Shown in pieces: positions 52,301 to 62,524 of a stretch of 64,000 nucleotides of DNA. The notes under the pieces are model-generated. The model was given only the letters and a program-made list of their open reading frames with translations, did no database searches and had not been told where the DNA came from. Positions within the stretch are counted from its first letter, which is position 1, and every line of letters begins with the position of its first letter. The position numbers were made by a program, and so were the translations under genes. The stretch is from Selaginella moellendorffii (lineage: Eukaryota; Plantae; Lycopodiophyta): assembly GCF_000143415.4 (NCBI RefSeq), contig NW_003314304.1, forward strand, positions 1,565,548 to 1,629,547, read 5' to 3'.

Positions 52301-55300
52301 AGGGTATACTCCCTTAGCCAAAGATGCAATTGTTGATTCTATGTTATAGGTAAAAATTTGATAATTAGAATTGTTGCACGTTTCAATATTAATTTTGGGA
52401 CCAACTTCTAAAGTTTTACCAAGATTATTTTAAATTAATAAGTTCAAAACTTTTTCTTGACAATCATGAGAAGTCAAAATATCACCAAGGTTAACTTTAA
52501 CCATATAATATCCAATCTCATTACAACCAAAATGTGGCTTAGATTATTCAATGGCAATTCAAGAGCTGGTCCTCTTTAACAAGTTCCATATATAAATAAT
52601 ATAGTGATTTACCCTTTCTTTTTTTGTAAGTTATTGTTTAAAAAGAGTTTATTTTAAATTCACTTAAATCTTTCTCTTGAGAAACTACTTAGCTTGGCAT
52701 AAAATCTTAGCAACCCAATACTAAATACTAGTCCAAAAATTTGAGAAAAACATATAAACCAGTATAGTAATGATAATTTGAAGCTTTTTCTTGCCAATTT
52801 ACAAGGTATAATAAATGATTGAGATGTTGGTTCTCTAAACAAAGATGAGATAAAGATTGGGAGTGATCTTAGGCAAACATCTCTAAGCCAAACTTCTTCA
52901 TTTGGCTCATAAACTTGGTTGAGTTTGCAAAGGTTTCGATAAAGTTTATTTTTGAATTTTTGCATGTCATAAATGCTTATCAAGGCAATGTAAATAGGAG
53001 TATACTATAATTATGGCTTGTCATTTTTGTTATGGTGGTGGTGATTGCAACTATCACCATGCTTTCAACATCTTTATAAATGATTAATTTTTTTTTACTT
53101 TAGGATCATCTAAAGGAGTCTCACTTATAATTTCTATAGGCCCTGATATTAATTTGGGTGTTTCCTAACTTTAAGATGTGTTTTTGTAACCACATCAACT
53201 TTGTACTTGGTCTAAATGCTCTATGTGTCTAGTTCCACTTTTGGATACCCAAATGACTAGATAACTTTTTATGAAGTCCAAATTTAAAAACTTATATTGG
53301 TATTAGAAAAGTGTAAGGTGTGACTCTATTAGTTGATTAAAAAAATCACACCACATGTTAAGATTGATATTTAATAGGTTTAGTTTACTCTAATTTCAAC
53401 TCGAGGGGTAAGGTGTTAAAAGAGTAAGGCTCTTAGAAGAGCCCTACTCTTGCAAAAAAACATGATGGATTATAAACAACCAAAGATAATAACTTAAAAA
53501 ATTATTAATATTATTTTAAATATAGAAATGTACTCTTTGTTCCAATTAGTTGTAAGTATTAGGTTATTTGAGATTAAGCATCTTTAAATAGTATTGGGTT
53601 AGATGACCTTCTAGAAAGCCCAAATTCAGGAGATTATAGTGCCATAAATAATATAAGTTAATGTTTGTAAAGAAACTAGCAAGAAAGAAAACAATTTAAA
53701 ATTAAACAACCTTTTAAAAATGAAATATTTACTAGAATGTTCAAAATAAGTATTTAGAAAGCATTTTTATTAGAGCTACTCTCAAGTAATACTTGATGTG
53801 TTGCAAATGATTTCATAGTAAAAAATATCTTTATACTTCATTTTTAAAATAATAATTAGTGGTGTTTAATACATATTTTGTATTTTCTAAACAATATCTA
53901 GAGACACTCAAAAACCTTTTGCTGTTAAATTATTGTCATTCAAGCACTTGTTTACAATAGTTAAAACACAATACAATGTTTGGTTTTATGGGATGGTAAA
54001 TATATGTAATTGAGGAGAGTAAACAGATTTCTATATAGACTTTAGTAAGTAAATGGAATTGTGAACAATGACAATTTTCATAAGTCTTTAAACTGTAGTT
54101 TGTAACATATTTTAGCTAAATATTAATTTAAAAAATAAGTTGAAGTTGGTAAAGATAATATAAAGTTATCTCCTACAGTATGTGATGATAAATAACAATT
54201 AAGCATTTGTATTTAGTTTTGAAATGCATTACCTCAAAAGGTTTATTAATAATAATTAACTTTATTCCTAGAATTGTTTTACCAAAGATGCCAAAATGAA
54301 AAAATGCCACTAACATGAGATCATCTGAGTAGCTTTTCTTTAAAGCATTCAATACTAAAACATCAGAATAAATATAAAAATTATTTTATAGCAATATGCA
54401 AAGATACCTCATCGACTTATATCAAGAAATGTAGCATAATCATAGTAAAAATGCCCTACATAGTCTTTGTTAAATAAAACTAAAATCATAGTTATATTTG
54501 AATGTAAAATAGCTTTGTAAATCTATACTGTTTTATAATCCAAGGTTATAGGATGGATATTAAAATATTTGGCCATGATTGTCTTTTGATCAATTTCTTT
54601 CACAATTTTAGTCTTCTTATCAAAATATGATTAATATGACATCATTTGACTAGCTTTTCCTTCACTTGAATTATTAAACATTCAACACTGAAATAAACTT
54701 GGAACATTAGAATAAACATGAAATAATATTTTAAAGCAATAATGCAAATTTACCTCATTGACTTCTATTACAAAATATAGCCCAATCATTCCAAAGACAT
54801 ATAGCAATAACTTTATAAAGCATATTTATTTACTTTCATCTTGCCAAATCATCTCGTAAAAATATAGATTGATGATCTGATTTAGAATGGTTTTTGTTAG
54901 ATAAAACCAAAAACTTAAATGTTAAATACCTTTGTAGACCCATATTTTTCTTTCATCCAGGATTATGGGATGAAAAACAAAACATATGATTAATGATTTA
55001 CTTTAAATACCCTACATAGCTTCTGTTAGATAAAACTAAAAGTATGGATACATTTCAATATAAAATACCTTTGTAAATATATATTGTTTTATCATCTAAA
55101 TTATAAGATAAAAAATAAATTATTTGGTAGTTTTTCCTTCATTTAAAGCATTAAAAATTCAACACTGAAATGAACTTGAAACATTAGAATAAACAGGAAA
55201 GAATAATTTGGAGTTATAATGCAAACTTACCTCCTTAACTTCTGCTATAAAAAATACCCCAATCATACCAAAGACATATAGTAATAACTATATAAAGCAT

Positions 55301-55398
55301 GTTTATTTACCTTTGTTTTACTAAACCACCTCATAAAAATTTAGATTGATGATCTGCTTTAAAATGGTGTTTGTTAGAAAAAACTAAAAACTTAAATA

Positions 55399-58300
55399 TT
55401 AAATACCTTTGCAGACCCATATTTTTCTTCCCTCTAAGATTGTGGGATGAAGAGCAAAATGTTTTTCCATGATTGTCTCCTGTTTTTCTTCTTTCCCAAT
55501 TGTAGTTGTCACTAGCTTAAATATCTCTTGCACATCTTCTGCTTTGGGATTTGTAGTTAACTTATTTTTGAGAAGACATGAATCCAAAAAGCTTATGAGG
55601 CTTCCCTTGATCTCATCCACCATTGCATTCATTATTTCTCCAACACCAGCAAAATGTCCTCCAACTTTAGCCCCAATAAATAATAGGATCAATGTATGTT
55701 TAAATATTGGAGCAAATTTCTTGAGCCAGTTTGGTGGGAGATCCAATTCAACACCTACAGAACTCTTCACTTGATGACCTTTAAAAGTTCCTTGAGGCCA
55801 TTCACACAAGTAGTGAAGTTTAACATGTGTTCCCAATATTTTGCTGTAATTTTTCCACCTATTATTCTCATCAAGAATATATGGATATTTTGGGCAATCT
55901 GTCTCCAATTTCAATAATACTTGAAAACACGTTGTATGGATTGCATTCACTTTATCCATGATAGACTTGAGTCCATTCTTGAGCTCGTTAAGGCTTACTT
56001 CAATGTTATCAAGTTTTGTATCCAACTTGTCAAACCGATTCTCCATTTTATCAAACTTCTTATCAAAATATCTAAAAATTGCATCGAGTTTTGGGTCTTC
56101 AATGTTTGGAAACTCAACAACATTTAATGATGCTTTGGGAATTGTGACTTCTCCAACCTCCTCATAGTCCTTTAAGAGTTCATGAAGCTCAACAAACTTA
56201 TTCACCACTTCATATTTTTGCTCATTAGGCATCAATAACTTGGCCAAAGCATTCTCATCTGAGACCTTCAAATCGTTAATCACATCCCAACTCTCTGCTT
56301 CATGTGAATCATTCCAAGTGTGAGAGTAGTCTAGACCGCTTTCTCTTGCTTCACATTTGACTTTCTTTAGTGGATAAATAACTGCATCCCATGATTTTGG
56401 TTTGCCCACATTATTTAGTATCCTTCTCCACACATAACCACGTCTCATCACATTTTCTTCAATTTCCAAAAATGGGCAATCCTCTATACATACCCCAATA
56501 ATGCAATTTCTAATTTTTTCCATCCATCCTTCAGCTTCTTTTTCCAAATCCGGCCTTGGTGCATTCTCTACCTTTTTTGGGTAGTAGATGATGACATCAA
56601 CCCATTGCCTATCTTTCCAATTGTCTGTGTCTCCCCCAACTCTAACAATTGTCTTGATAAGGTTTTCTTTCAAAGCCACCCATCCATTCCCAGGCCTAAA
56701 ACCTTTCTTGCTTAATTTGTGAAGTTTAACTTGGATCTTTGTGAAAATACTTGCAGGAAACAATTTCAAGTCCTTGTCTTTGCATTCAAACCTCCTGCCC
56801 CAGTAGTTGTGGTTTTTTTGAGTGTCAATTGGCACTGAGGGTGACAATAAATATTCTGGAGGTGAATATTCTTCTTGCAATAATGTTGGCATTATCGGCT
56901 CTTTGGGCAAGTTATGCCAATTCCCATCCCATTTATCATCCCAAGGCAATATCACTCCCATCTCATGGAGCACTCCAAGAATGTACTCCACTATTTTGTC
57001 TTGGTTCCCACATTGTTGCTTCAACTGATGTTTAACTCTGTGTGTTTCCATTTGACTTTTGAATTTGCTTGTCTCAGTATGTATGAAGAGTTGCACCACA
57101 TCCCTCATAAACCATTGGACATCTAAGATGACAAATTGAGACACAATGTCGTCCTCTTCATGTCCCAAGCCAAAGTAAATTGCATCACCAGAATCATGTA
57201 GAAATTGCAAGACGAATTTGAGAACATTCTTGGAACTCCTGTGAGGCAAGAGAATTTTGCCAACTTTTTCTAGGGGTATGACCTTCTTGTGACTTGGATC
57301 TTGTACCAATTTCCTCTTTGCTTTGAGACATTCCCGTGGTATTTGTTGCTGGGCTGACAGCAGTTCCTCCAAGCAACTCCCCAACATGGTTTTTATCCCC
57401 CTTAAATCTTTCACTTGAGTGGCCACCACCTCAAAACAAAAGTCATTCCCAAACTCAAGTACTTGCCAATAGCCTTTGTCGGAGATTATTGCAGAAACCA
57501 CCTCCTTTGGGTCAAAGTCGGGTTCTGGAGTGAAAAAGTTCAAGGCAATCAAGACCCTGGGCTTCCTTTTGGGTGAGGCTGATTGATGTGAAGCGATGAA
57601 CCTCAGCCAGTAAACCAAATTCTGCTTGAAAACGTCACAATTGTCATCCTCCACCTTGCATACGATCAAGAAGAGATCCTTCTCACTTCCTCTGAGAAAG
57701 TACTGGTGGAAAGCATGGAACTCTTCCTGTCCAGCCAGGTCGCAAATGAGCAGCTTTTGTTTGGTGGTCGCATAGACAAGTGGTTGCAGCTCAATGCCTG
57801 CTGTTGAAGCATGCCTTTGGAGACATGATGGAAACCAAGACACTCTGCGGCAGAGGTTGTTTTTTATTGTGGTCTTTCCAACCCTGCTATCACCACACAA
57901 GAAGAGTTTTGCTGTTGATGGGTTGTCAAAGTCCTTGAATGCACTCTTCTGGAAGATTGCATTCCGCTCTAAAAGACCAGAACACCTCTGCTTGAAAGCT
58001 TCAGAAGCTTCGGAATCACTGCCTATATCAAGCTCTTCCACGAGGCTTTGGTAGTTTTCCTCCAGGGCAGCCAGAATTTGTCTTTTCTGTGCATCACTAT
58101 CAAGAAAACGAGCCCTGAATCTGCGCACCTTGCATTTTGGATCCCCCAGCAACTGGCAAAGCTCTTCCAGCTTTTCAATTTCTTCCTGACGTATTTCCAA
58201 GTCTTCAATGCTGCTTCCCAAAAGGCACCTCCATGGCAGCTCCGACTCACATGACAAAGCTTTCAGAGACTTGCAGCTGGTGATAGCTTTCCAAAAGGGC

Positions 58301-59709
58301 TCCCCATTCGTGATTTTGCAGCTCCATATACCCAAATGCTCCAGTTGGCTCTTCTCTATGCCCTCGGCAAACTCCAACGGTAACTCTGTCCTGCTACCCC
58401 ATATTTTCAAATGGCGCAGCTTACAATGTGGACTTGAGAGAGCTGACCACAGACTGCTGTCACAGACCATTCCTCCTCCCTCGTTGAACCAATCAAGGTC
58501 AAGGTTGAGCTTGATCAGCTTGCAATTGGGATTTTGTAGCGCTCTGCCCAACCATCCACCACCATCACCTGGATAAAGTCTAACGCAGAGTTCCTCCAAG
58601 CCACACTTAGCGCTGCACAGGGCCTCACCCAGGCCCGTTGCATTGCTCAGGTCCTCACTCTGTCTCATTTCTCGGCAATCTAAAACTGACAGGCTGGTGC
58701 CCTCCTGAAGAGCCTTGCATACCCATGGCAACACTCCAGCATCAGTACCCCAAAATAGGTATAGTCTTTGCAGCGAACAGTTTGGACTCGTGAGTGCCTT
58801 GAAGAGTGCTTCACCTGCCTCCTCTGGAAACGAATATGCCTCCAGTGCCACTAGCTTATTGAAAATGCCATTCTGAAATGCCTGTTCCCACCCTTCCTTG
58901 TCAATGTCCTTATCTTCGATGACTAACTCTTCCACCTTGCACTCCTGACTTGCCAGATCCCTACTCAATTTCCCAAATCCTTCCACTGTCATCCTGTTCC
59001 CCCGCAATTCGAGACGTTTCAAGTTGTTTCCTGCTTTCCTAAGGAGTTGGCTAAGGAGAGTCTCTGGGTTCCCAACCTTGTCCAACCAGAGCTCTGTCAA
59101 GCAGTCGAGCTGAGCAAAGGCCAACTCAAGCTCCTGAGGTGGTGTGAGGATGTCTTTGCCTCCCCAACGGAAATCTAGGCCTTTCAAGACTTTGAATTCC
59201 TCTGTCATCATCAGTAGCTTTGCAAACCTCTGCACCTCAATCTGGCCAATGTCCTGTCCCTGCTGAGGAGGAGCAATGCCCTCTGCCACCCTTTGCATCC
59301 GATCACTGGGAATGCCCAACCTACAAGCGACCCTGGCAGCGAAGTTGATGAATCTGATGTCGAGCTGTGGTACCAAAGCGGCCTTGAGAATGTCAATGTG
59401 AGCAGCAGCAGCAGACGAACTGCCATCACCAGGAGCATCTCCCACATCCAGAGCCACGTCTAAACTGGGTGGATTTGAAATGCACCAGTTGAGCACACAA
59501 ATCAGATCCTCCTCTGTGCCTCCAAACCTCTCGACGGCAGCATTCACCTTATCAACAAACTCACCTTTGGATGGGACAAGCTCCCACATGTGCCCACAAG
59601 GAAACGCAATCGCATTGAAGTGCCGCTTGTTGTCCCGCTTCGCTGCGAGAGCCTCCTTGATCTCCTTGACAGAGAAACAGTAGATCCACTCTCGTCGCTC
59701 CTCCTCCAT
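55399..59709 (-). CDS. TRN1-like: Intact, intronless LRR-Roc-COR (ROCO) protein, TORNADO1-like, 1436 aa (copy 5)
   Basis: Uninterrupted ORF. RI-like LRRs (CLTELWL, NLKRLEL, KVEELVI, SLQRLYL, GLEELCV, KLRHLKI, QLEHLGI). Roc P-loop GDSRVGKTT, switch I TAGIEL, switch II ICDLAGQEEFHAFH. COR-like region LQFLHDSGDAIYF..VILDVQWF. Coiled coil, then a TRN1-type tail (HYLCEW..FAP..IGAKVGGHFAG..IWVCK). Confidence 0.9.
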   Translation of the reverse strand: MEEERREWIYCFSVKEIKEALAAKRDNKRHFNAIAFPCGHMWELVPSKGEFVDKVNAAVERFGGTEEDLICVLNWCISNPPSLDVALDVGDAPGDGSSSAAAAHIDILKAALVPQLDIRFINFAARVACRLGIPSDRMQRVAEGIAPPQQGQDIGQIEVQRFAKLLMMTEEFKVLKGLDFRWGGKDILTPPQELELAFAQLDCLTELWLDKVGNPETLLSQLLRKAGNNLKRLELRGNRMTVEGFGKLSRDLASQECKVEELVIEDKDIDKEGWEQAFQNGIFNKLVALEAYSFPEEAGEALFKALTSPNCSLQRLYLFWGTDAGVLPWVCKALQEGTSLSVLDCREMRQSEDLSNATGLGEALCSAKCGLEELCVRLYPGDGGGWLGRALQNPNCKLIKLNLDLDWFNEGGGMVCDSSLWSALSSPHCKLRHLKIWGSRTELPLEFAEGIEKSQLEHLGIWSCKITNGEPFWKAITSCKSLKALSCESELPWRCLLGSSIEDLEIRQEEIEKLEELCQLLGDPKCKVRRFRARFLDSDAQKRQILAALEENYQSLVEELDIGSDSEASEAFKQRCSGLLERNAIFQKSAFKDFDNPSTAKLFLCGDSRVGKTTIKNNLCRRVSWFPSCLQRHASTAGIELQPLVYATTKQKLLICDLAGQEEFHAFHQYFLRGSEKDLFLIVCKVEDDNCDVFKQNLVYWLRFIASHQSASPKRKPRVLIALNFFTPEPDFDPKEVVSAIISDKGYWQVLEFGNDFCFEVVATQVKDLRGIKTMLGSCLEELLSAQQQIPRECLKAKRKLVQDPSHKKVIPLEKVGKILLPHRSSKNVLKFVLQFLHDSGDAIYFGLGHEEDDIVSQFVILDVQWFMRDVVQLFIHTETSKFKSQMETHRVKHQLKQQCGNQDKIVEYILGVLHEMGVILPWDDKWDGNWHNLPKEPIMPTLLQEEYSPPEYLLSPSVPIDTQKNHNYWGRRFECKDKDLKLFPASIFTKIQVKLHKLSKKGFRPGNGWVALKENLIKTIVRVGGDTDNWKDRQWVDVIIYYPKKVENAPRPDLEKEAEGWMEKIRNCIIGVCIEDCPFLEIEENVMRRGYVWRRILNNVGKPKSWDAVIYPLKKVKCEARESGLDYSHTWNDSHEAESWDVINDLKVSDENALAKLLMPNEQKYEVVNKFVELHELLKDYEEVGEVTIPKASLNVVEFPNIEDPKLDAIFRYFDKKFDKMENRFDKLDTKLDNIEVSLNELKNGLKSIMDKVNAIHTTCFQVLLKLETDCPKYPYILDENNRWKNYSKILGTHVKLHYLCEWPQGTFKGHQVKSSVGVELDLPPNWLKKFAPIFKHTLILLFIGAKVGGHFAGVGEIMNAMVDEIKGSLISFLDSCLLKNKLTTNPKAEDVQEIFKLVTTTIGKEEKQETIMEKHFALHPTILEGRKIWVCKGI

Positions 59710-59772
59710 GGAAGTTTGCCCTGGATCGAAGGGGCAGTGGAGAGCACGAGTAAACTTGTAAAAGTGAACCTT

Positions 59773-59887
59773 GCCAGCAGTGGAAGCAAAGCACTAAAGC
59801 AAAGCATATGCCAGCTGTGGAAGAAAAGCAAAGCATATGCCAGCTGTGGAAGAAAAGCAAAGCATATGCCAGCTGTAAAAGCAAAGC
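59773..59887. repeat. Same minisatellite upstream of ROCO copy 5
   Basis: About 4 units, two of them identical 29-mers. Confidence 0.85.
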
Positions 59888-59934
59888 CAAGTGGACAGTA
59901 CAAGCAAGAGTTAATTTAGGTTTTAGGGTTCTTC

Positions 59935-62492
59935 GAGCAAGACGGCCAAGCGAGATCATCGCGACGAGAAGAAGGTGTGGGACGAGGATGATATTGATGC
60001 GATCTAGGTAAGCAAAGCTCTGGCCAAAGACTCTCAATCGTTTTCCTTTTTGTCAGGCTAAACTCCACGAGGAGAAAGCAAAGAAGAGCGAAATTCATGT
60101 CGATGAGAATGTAGCAGCTCCTTCACCACAATGCAATTGCTCTGTGCGTAAGAACTCGATTGAAATCTCCACTCTGGAAGCTCACATTCTCTAGAATTCT
60201 TCTTTCCTTGCGTTTCAGGTGACTGTAAATCCCGTCAAGGACACTGCGCTGATCGTCCATGGAGGTGAATACCAACAATGGTGACAAGGTTTGTGATTAG
60301 TTTTGCTACGGTGATTTAATCTTCGTGTTTGCTATGCTAGACTTACGTTTATGGCGATCTCTACCGATACAACATCGAGAAGAACGAGTGGAAGCCTGTC
60401 ACCGAGAAGCGCTCACCAGGCGGTTGCGTGGAAAAACTGGCTCTTCATGTTTGGTATGATGTATTTTTCCAGGACTTCTCTTGATTTTGGCAGTGTAGGT
60501 GGTGAATTTGGTTTCATCACTATAAGGTGTGTTTCTAGCTGACTTACAAGAGAGTTCTTGCAGGATTTATGGAGACTGGATTTAAACACAAATATCTGGC
60601 GGGAGCAGCTTCAACTAAAAGGCTGTCCAGGTGCTCGTTCCGGACATAGATTGGTATGTATTGCGCTTCTAAACATAATCTTTATTTTTTTCTTTCTTGC
60701 CACAGAAACATAAACTTATTCTATTTGGTGGATTTTATGACACGCTGAGGGAAGAAAGGTCGGCTGTTTCAGCAGTGTAGATGTTTAGTATTGAATTTTT
60801 GACACAGGTACTTCAATAATCTTTAAGTGCTGGATTTAGACGATTATAAGGTTTGTTTCTGTCGCTCATCGTTCTTCCTTGTTTTTTAACAACTAAACTG
60901 ATTTCCTTTTGCAGTGGCAAGAGATAAAACCCAAGCTTGGAGCTGCCTGGCCTTCAGCTGGAGCTGGTTCTCAGCTTGCTGTTTATTTAGATGAGGTATT
61001 TGTCTACTAAAAGTATAGTTTTGCGTGTTGTGAACATTTTTTCTTTTCTAGATTTTCTTGTACGGTGGCTATTTCAAAGAGCCTGCCCCTGACAAAGATC
61101 AATCCGACAAAGGTGTAGTGCTCGCAGATATGTGGACGTTAGATCCACGGATTGGGAGTGGGACAAGGTTTGCTTGTTTTACATTCTCGTTTGGAGTTTT
61201 AGTTTTTCAATGTGTTTTGTGAAGGTGAAAAAATCCGGTGTGGCTCCTGGCCAAGAGCAGGGTTTTTGTCCACATCTTGTTTGGCGGTGTAGTTGATGCT
61301 GATGAGTACGGTTTCAATGCATGCGTTGGAAAAACTAATGTCTTTTGCAGGTGATTCCCTGCACAGCGTTTTTATGATCGAGATGTATATGCTTTCCAGA
61401 TGGTTTGTATCTCGTCGATTTTTTAAAAATTATCTAAACACCATCGCTCGCAGGTATCCTTTGGAACTTCTCAAGCCAAAGAGCCTAAAGATTAAGGTAT
61501 GGCAATCTGAGATTGTGTAGTGGTTAAGTGTGCATCCAAAGCAGAAGAAAGTGGTTGATCCAAATGTGGAAAATGCGTCTCAACGTTGAGCGTTCTGCTT
61601 GAAGGTTGTTGCCTTGTGGAAGAATGAATGCTGGAATGGTCGTTGGAAAGGATACTTTGTTTCTGTATGGAGGTATGAAAGAAGTCGGCAAAAAAAAAGT
61701 GACACGACGACCTTTCCTCGCTGGACCTTCGATGTGTGGAAGTGCATTATTGAGGTTAGTATGATCGAGCCATCATCCAGCCTCATACTAATGTCTCAAG
61801 CAGGAAACACAAAGCGCGTGGATTGAAGCTAGTAAGGAGAAAGGCGAAACTGATGGTGACAACAGTGATGCTGGATCGATTAATAAAGGAAAAGACGAAG
61901 AGGACGATGACGAGGTAGTAAAAAAGAAGGATGTAAGAAAACTTGTCGGTTTCCTTTTGTATTCTAGGATGCAGTGGAGTCACTGTGAAGAGGCAGCTGC
62001 TATTCTTAGGGGCGAAGGCAAAAAGCTGACACAGAAAGCACGGAAATTAAAGGTCGATCCGAGCTGGGCATGGCTGATTCCCAACAAACACTTTTGGTGA
62101 GTGCTGATAGTAGTTCATCTTCCTGTTTTGTTATTGATTTGTCTTTCAGCCTGGAGAAACGCTGAGAGATTTTTTCTCTTGGACGATCATGTATTGGCAA
62201 ATGGCACCTTACGATCACACCCAACACACTGGAAAGGTGACAACGCAGGTTTTCTTTCGCTCGTTCTTCATGCTCTATGCATCTATCAGGAGCTCAGGAA
62301 GGATGGATTTGACTTGGCAAAGACACGCTACAGACAACTTAAACCCGTCCTTGACAAGGTAAAGTGGTGTCTCAAGAAGGAATCCTCACAACAGCATTGT
62401 TTGATTTGCAGCTGGCGAGACTTGAAGCCGACTACAACGCTGAAGAGGAGGCTACCAAACCTTCCAAAGAGCGCAGCAAGAAGAAACGATAA
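59935..62492 (+). pseudogene. KLHDC4-like: KLHDC4-like pseudogene, copy E
   Basis: Same exon series and same lesions as copies A-D. Confidence 0.85.
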
Positions 62493-62524
62493 GGTCCGTG
62501 ATCTCTGAAAGTTCTAGCTGAAAA

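Noticed and set aside
18610-59700. DGR-like reverse-transcriptase mutagenesis behind the hypervariability
   Set aside because: No RT or invariant template repeat in the window. Changes are not confined to adenines and include indels.
55399-59709. NLR (NB-ARC/NACHT) call
   Set aside because: LRRs are N-terminal and the nucleotide-binding motifs are Ras-like (GKT, T, DxxG) followed by COR. No Walker B/GLPL/MHD.
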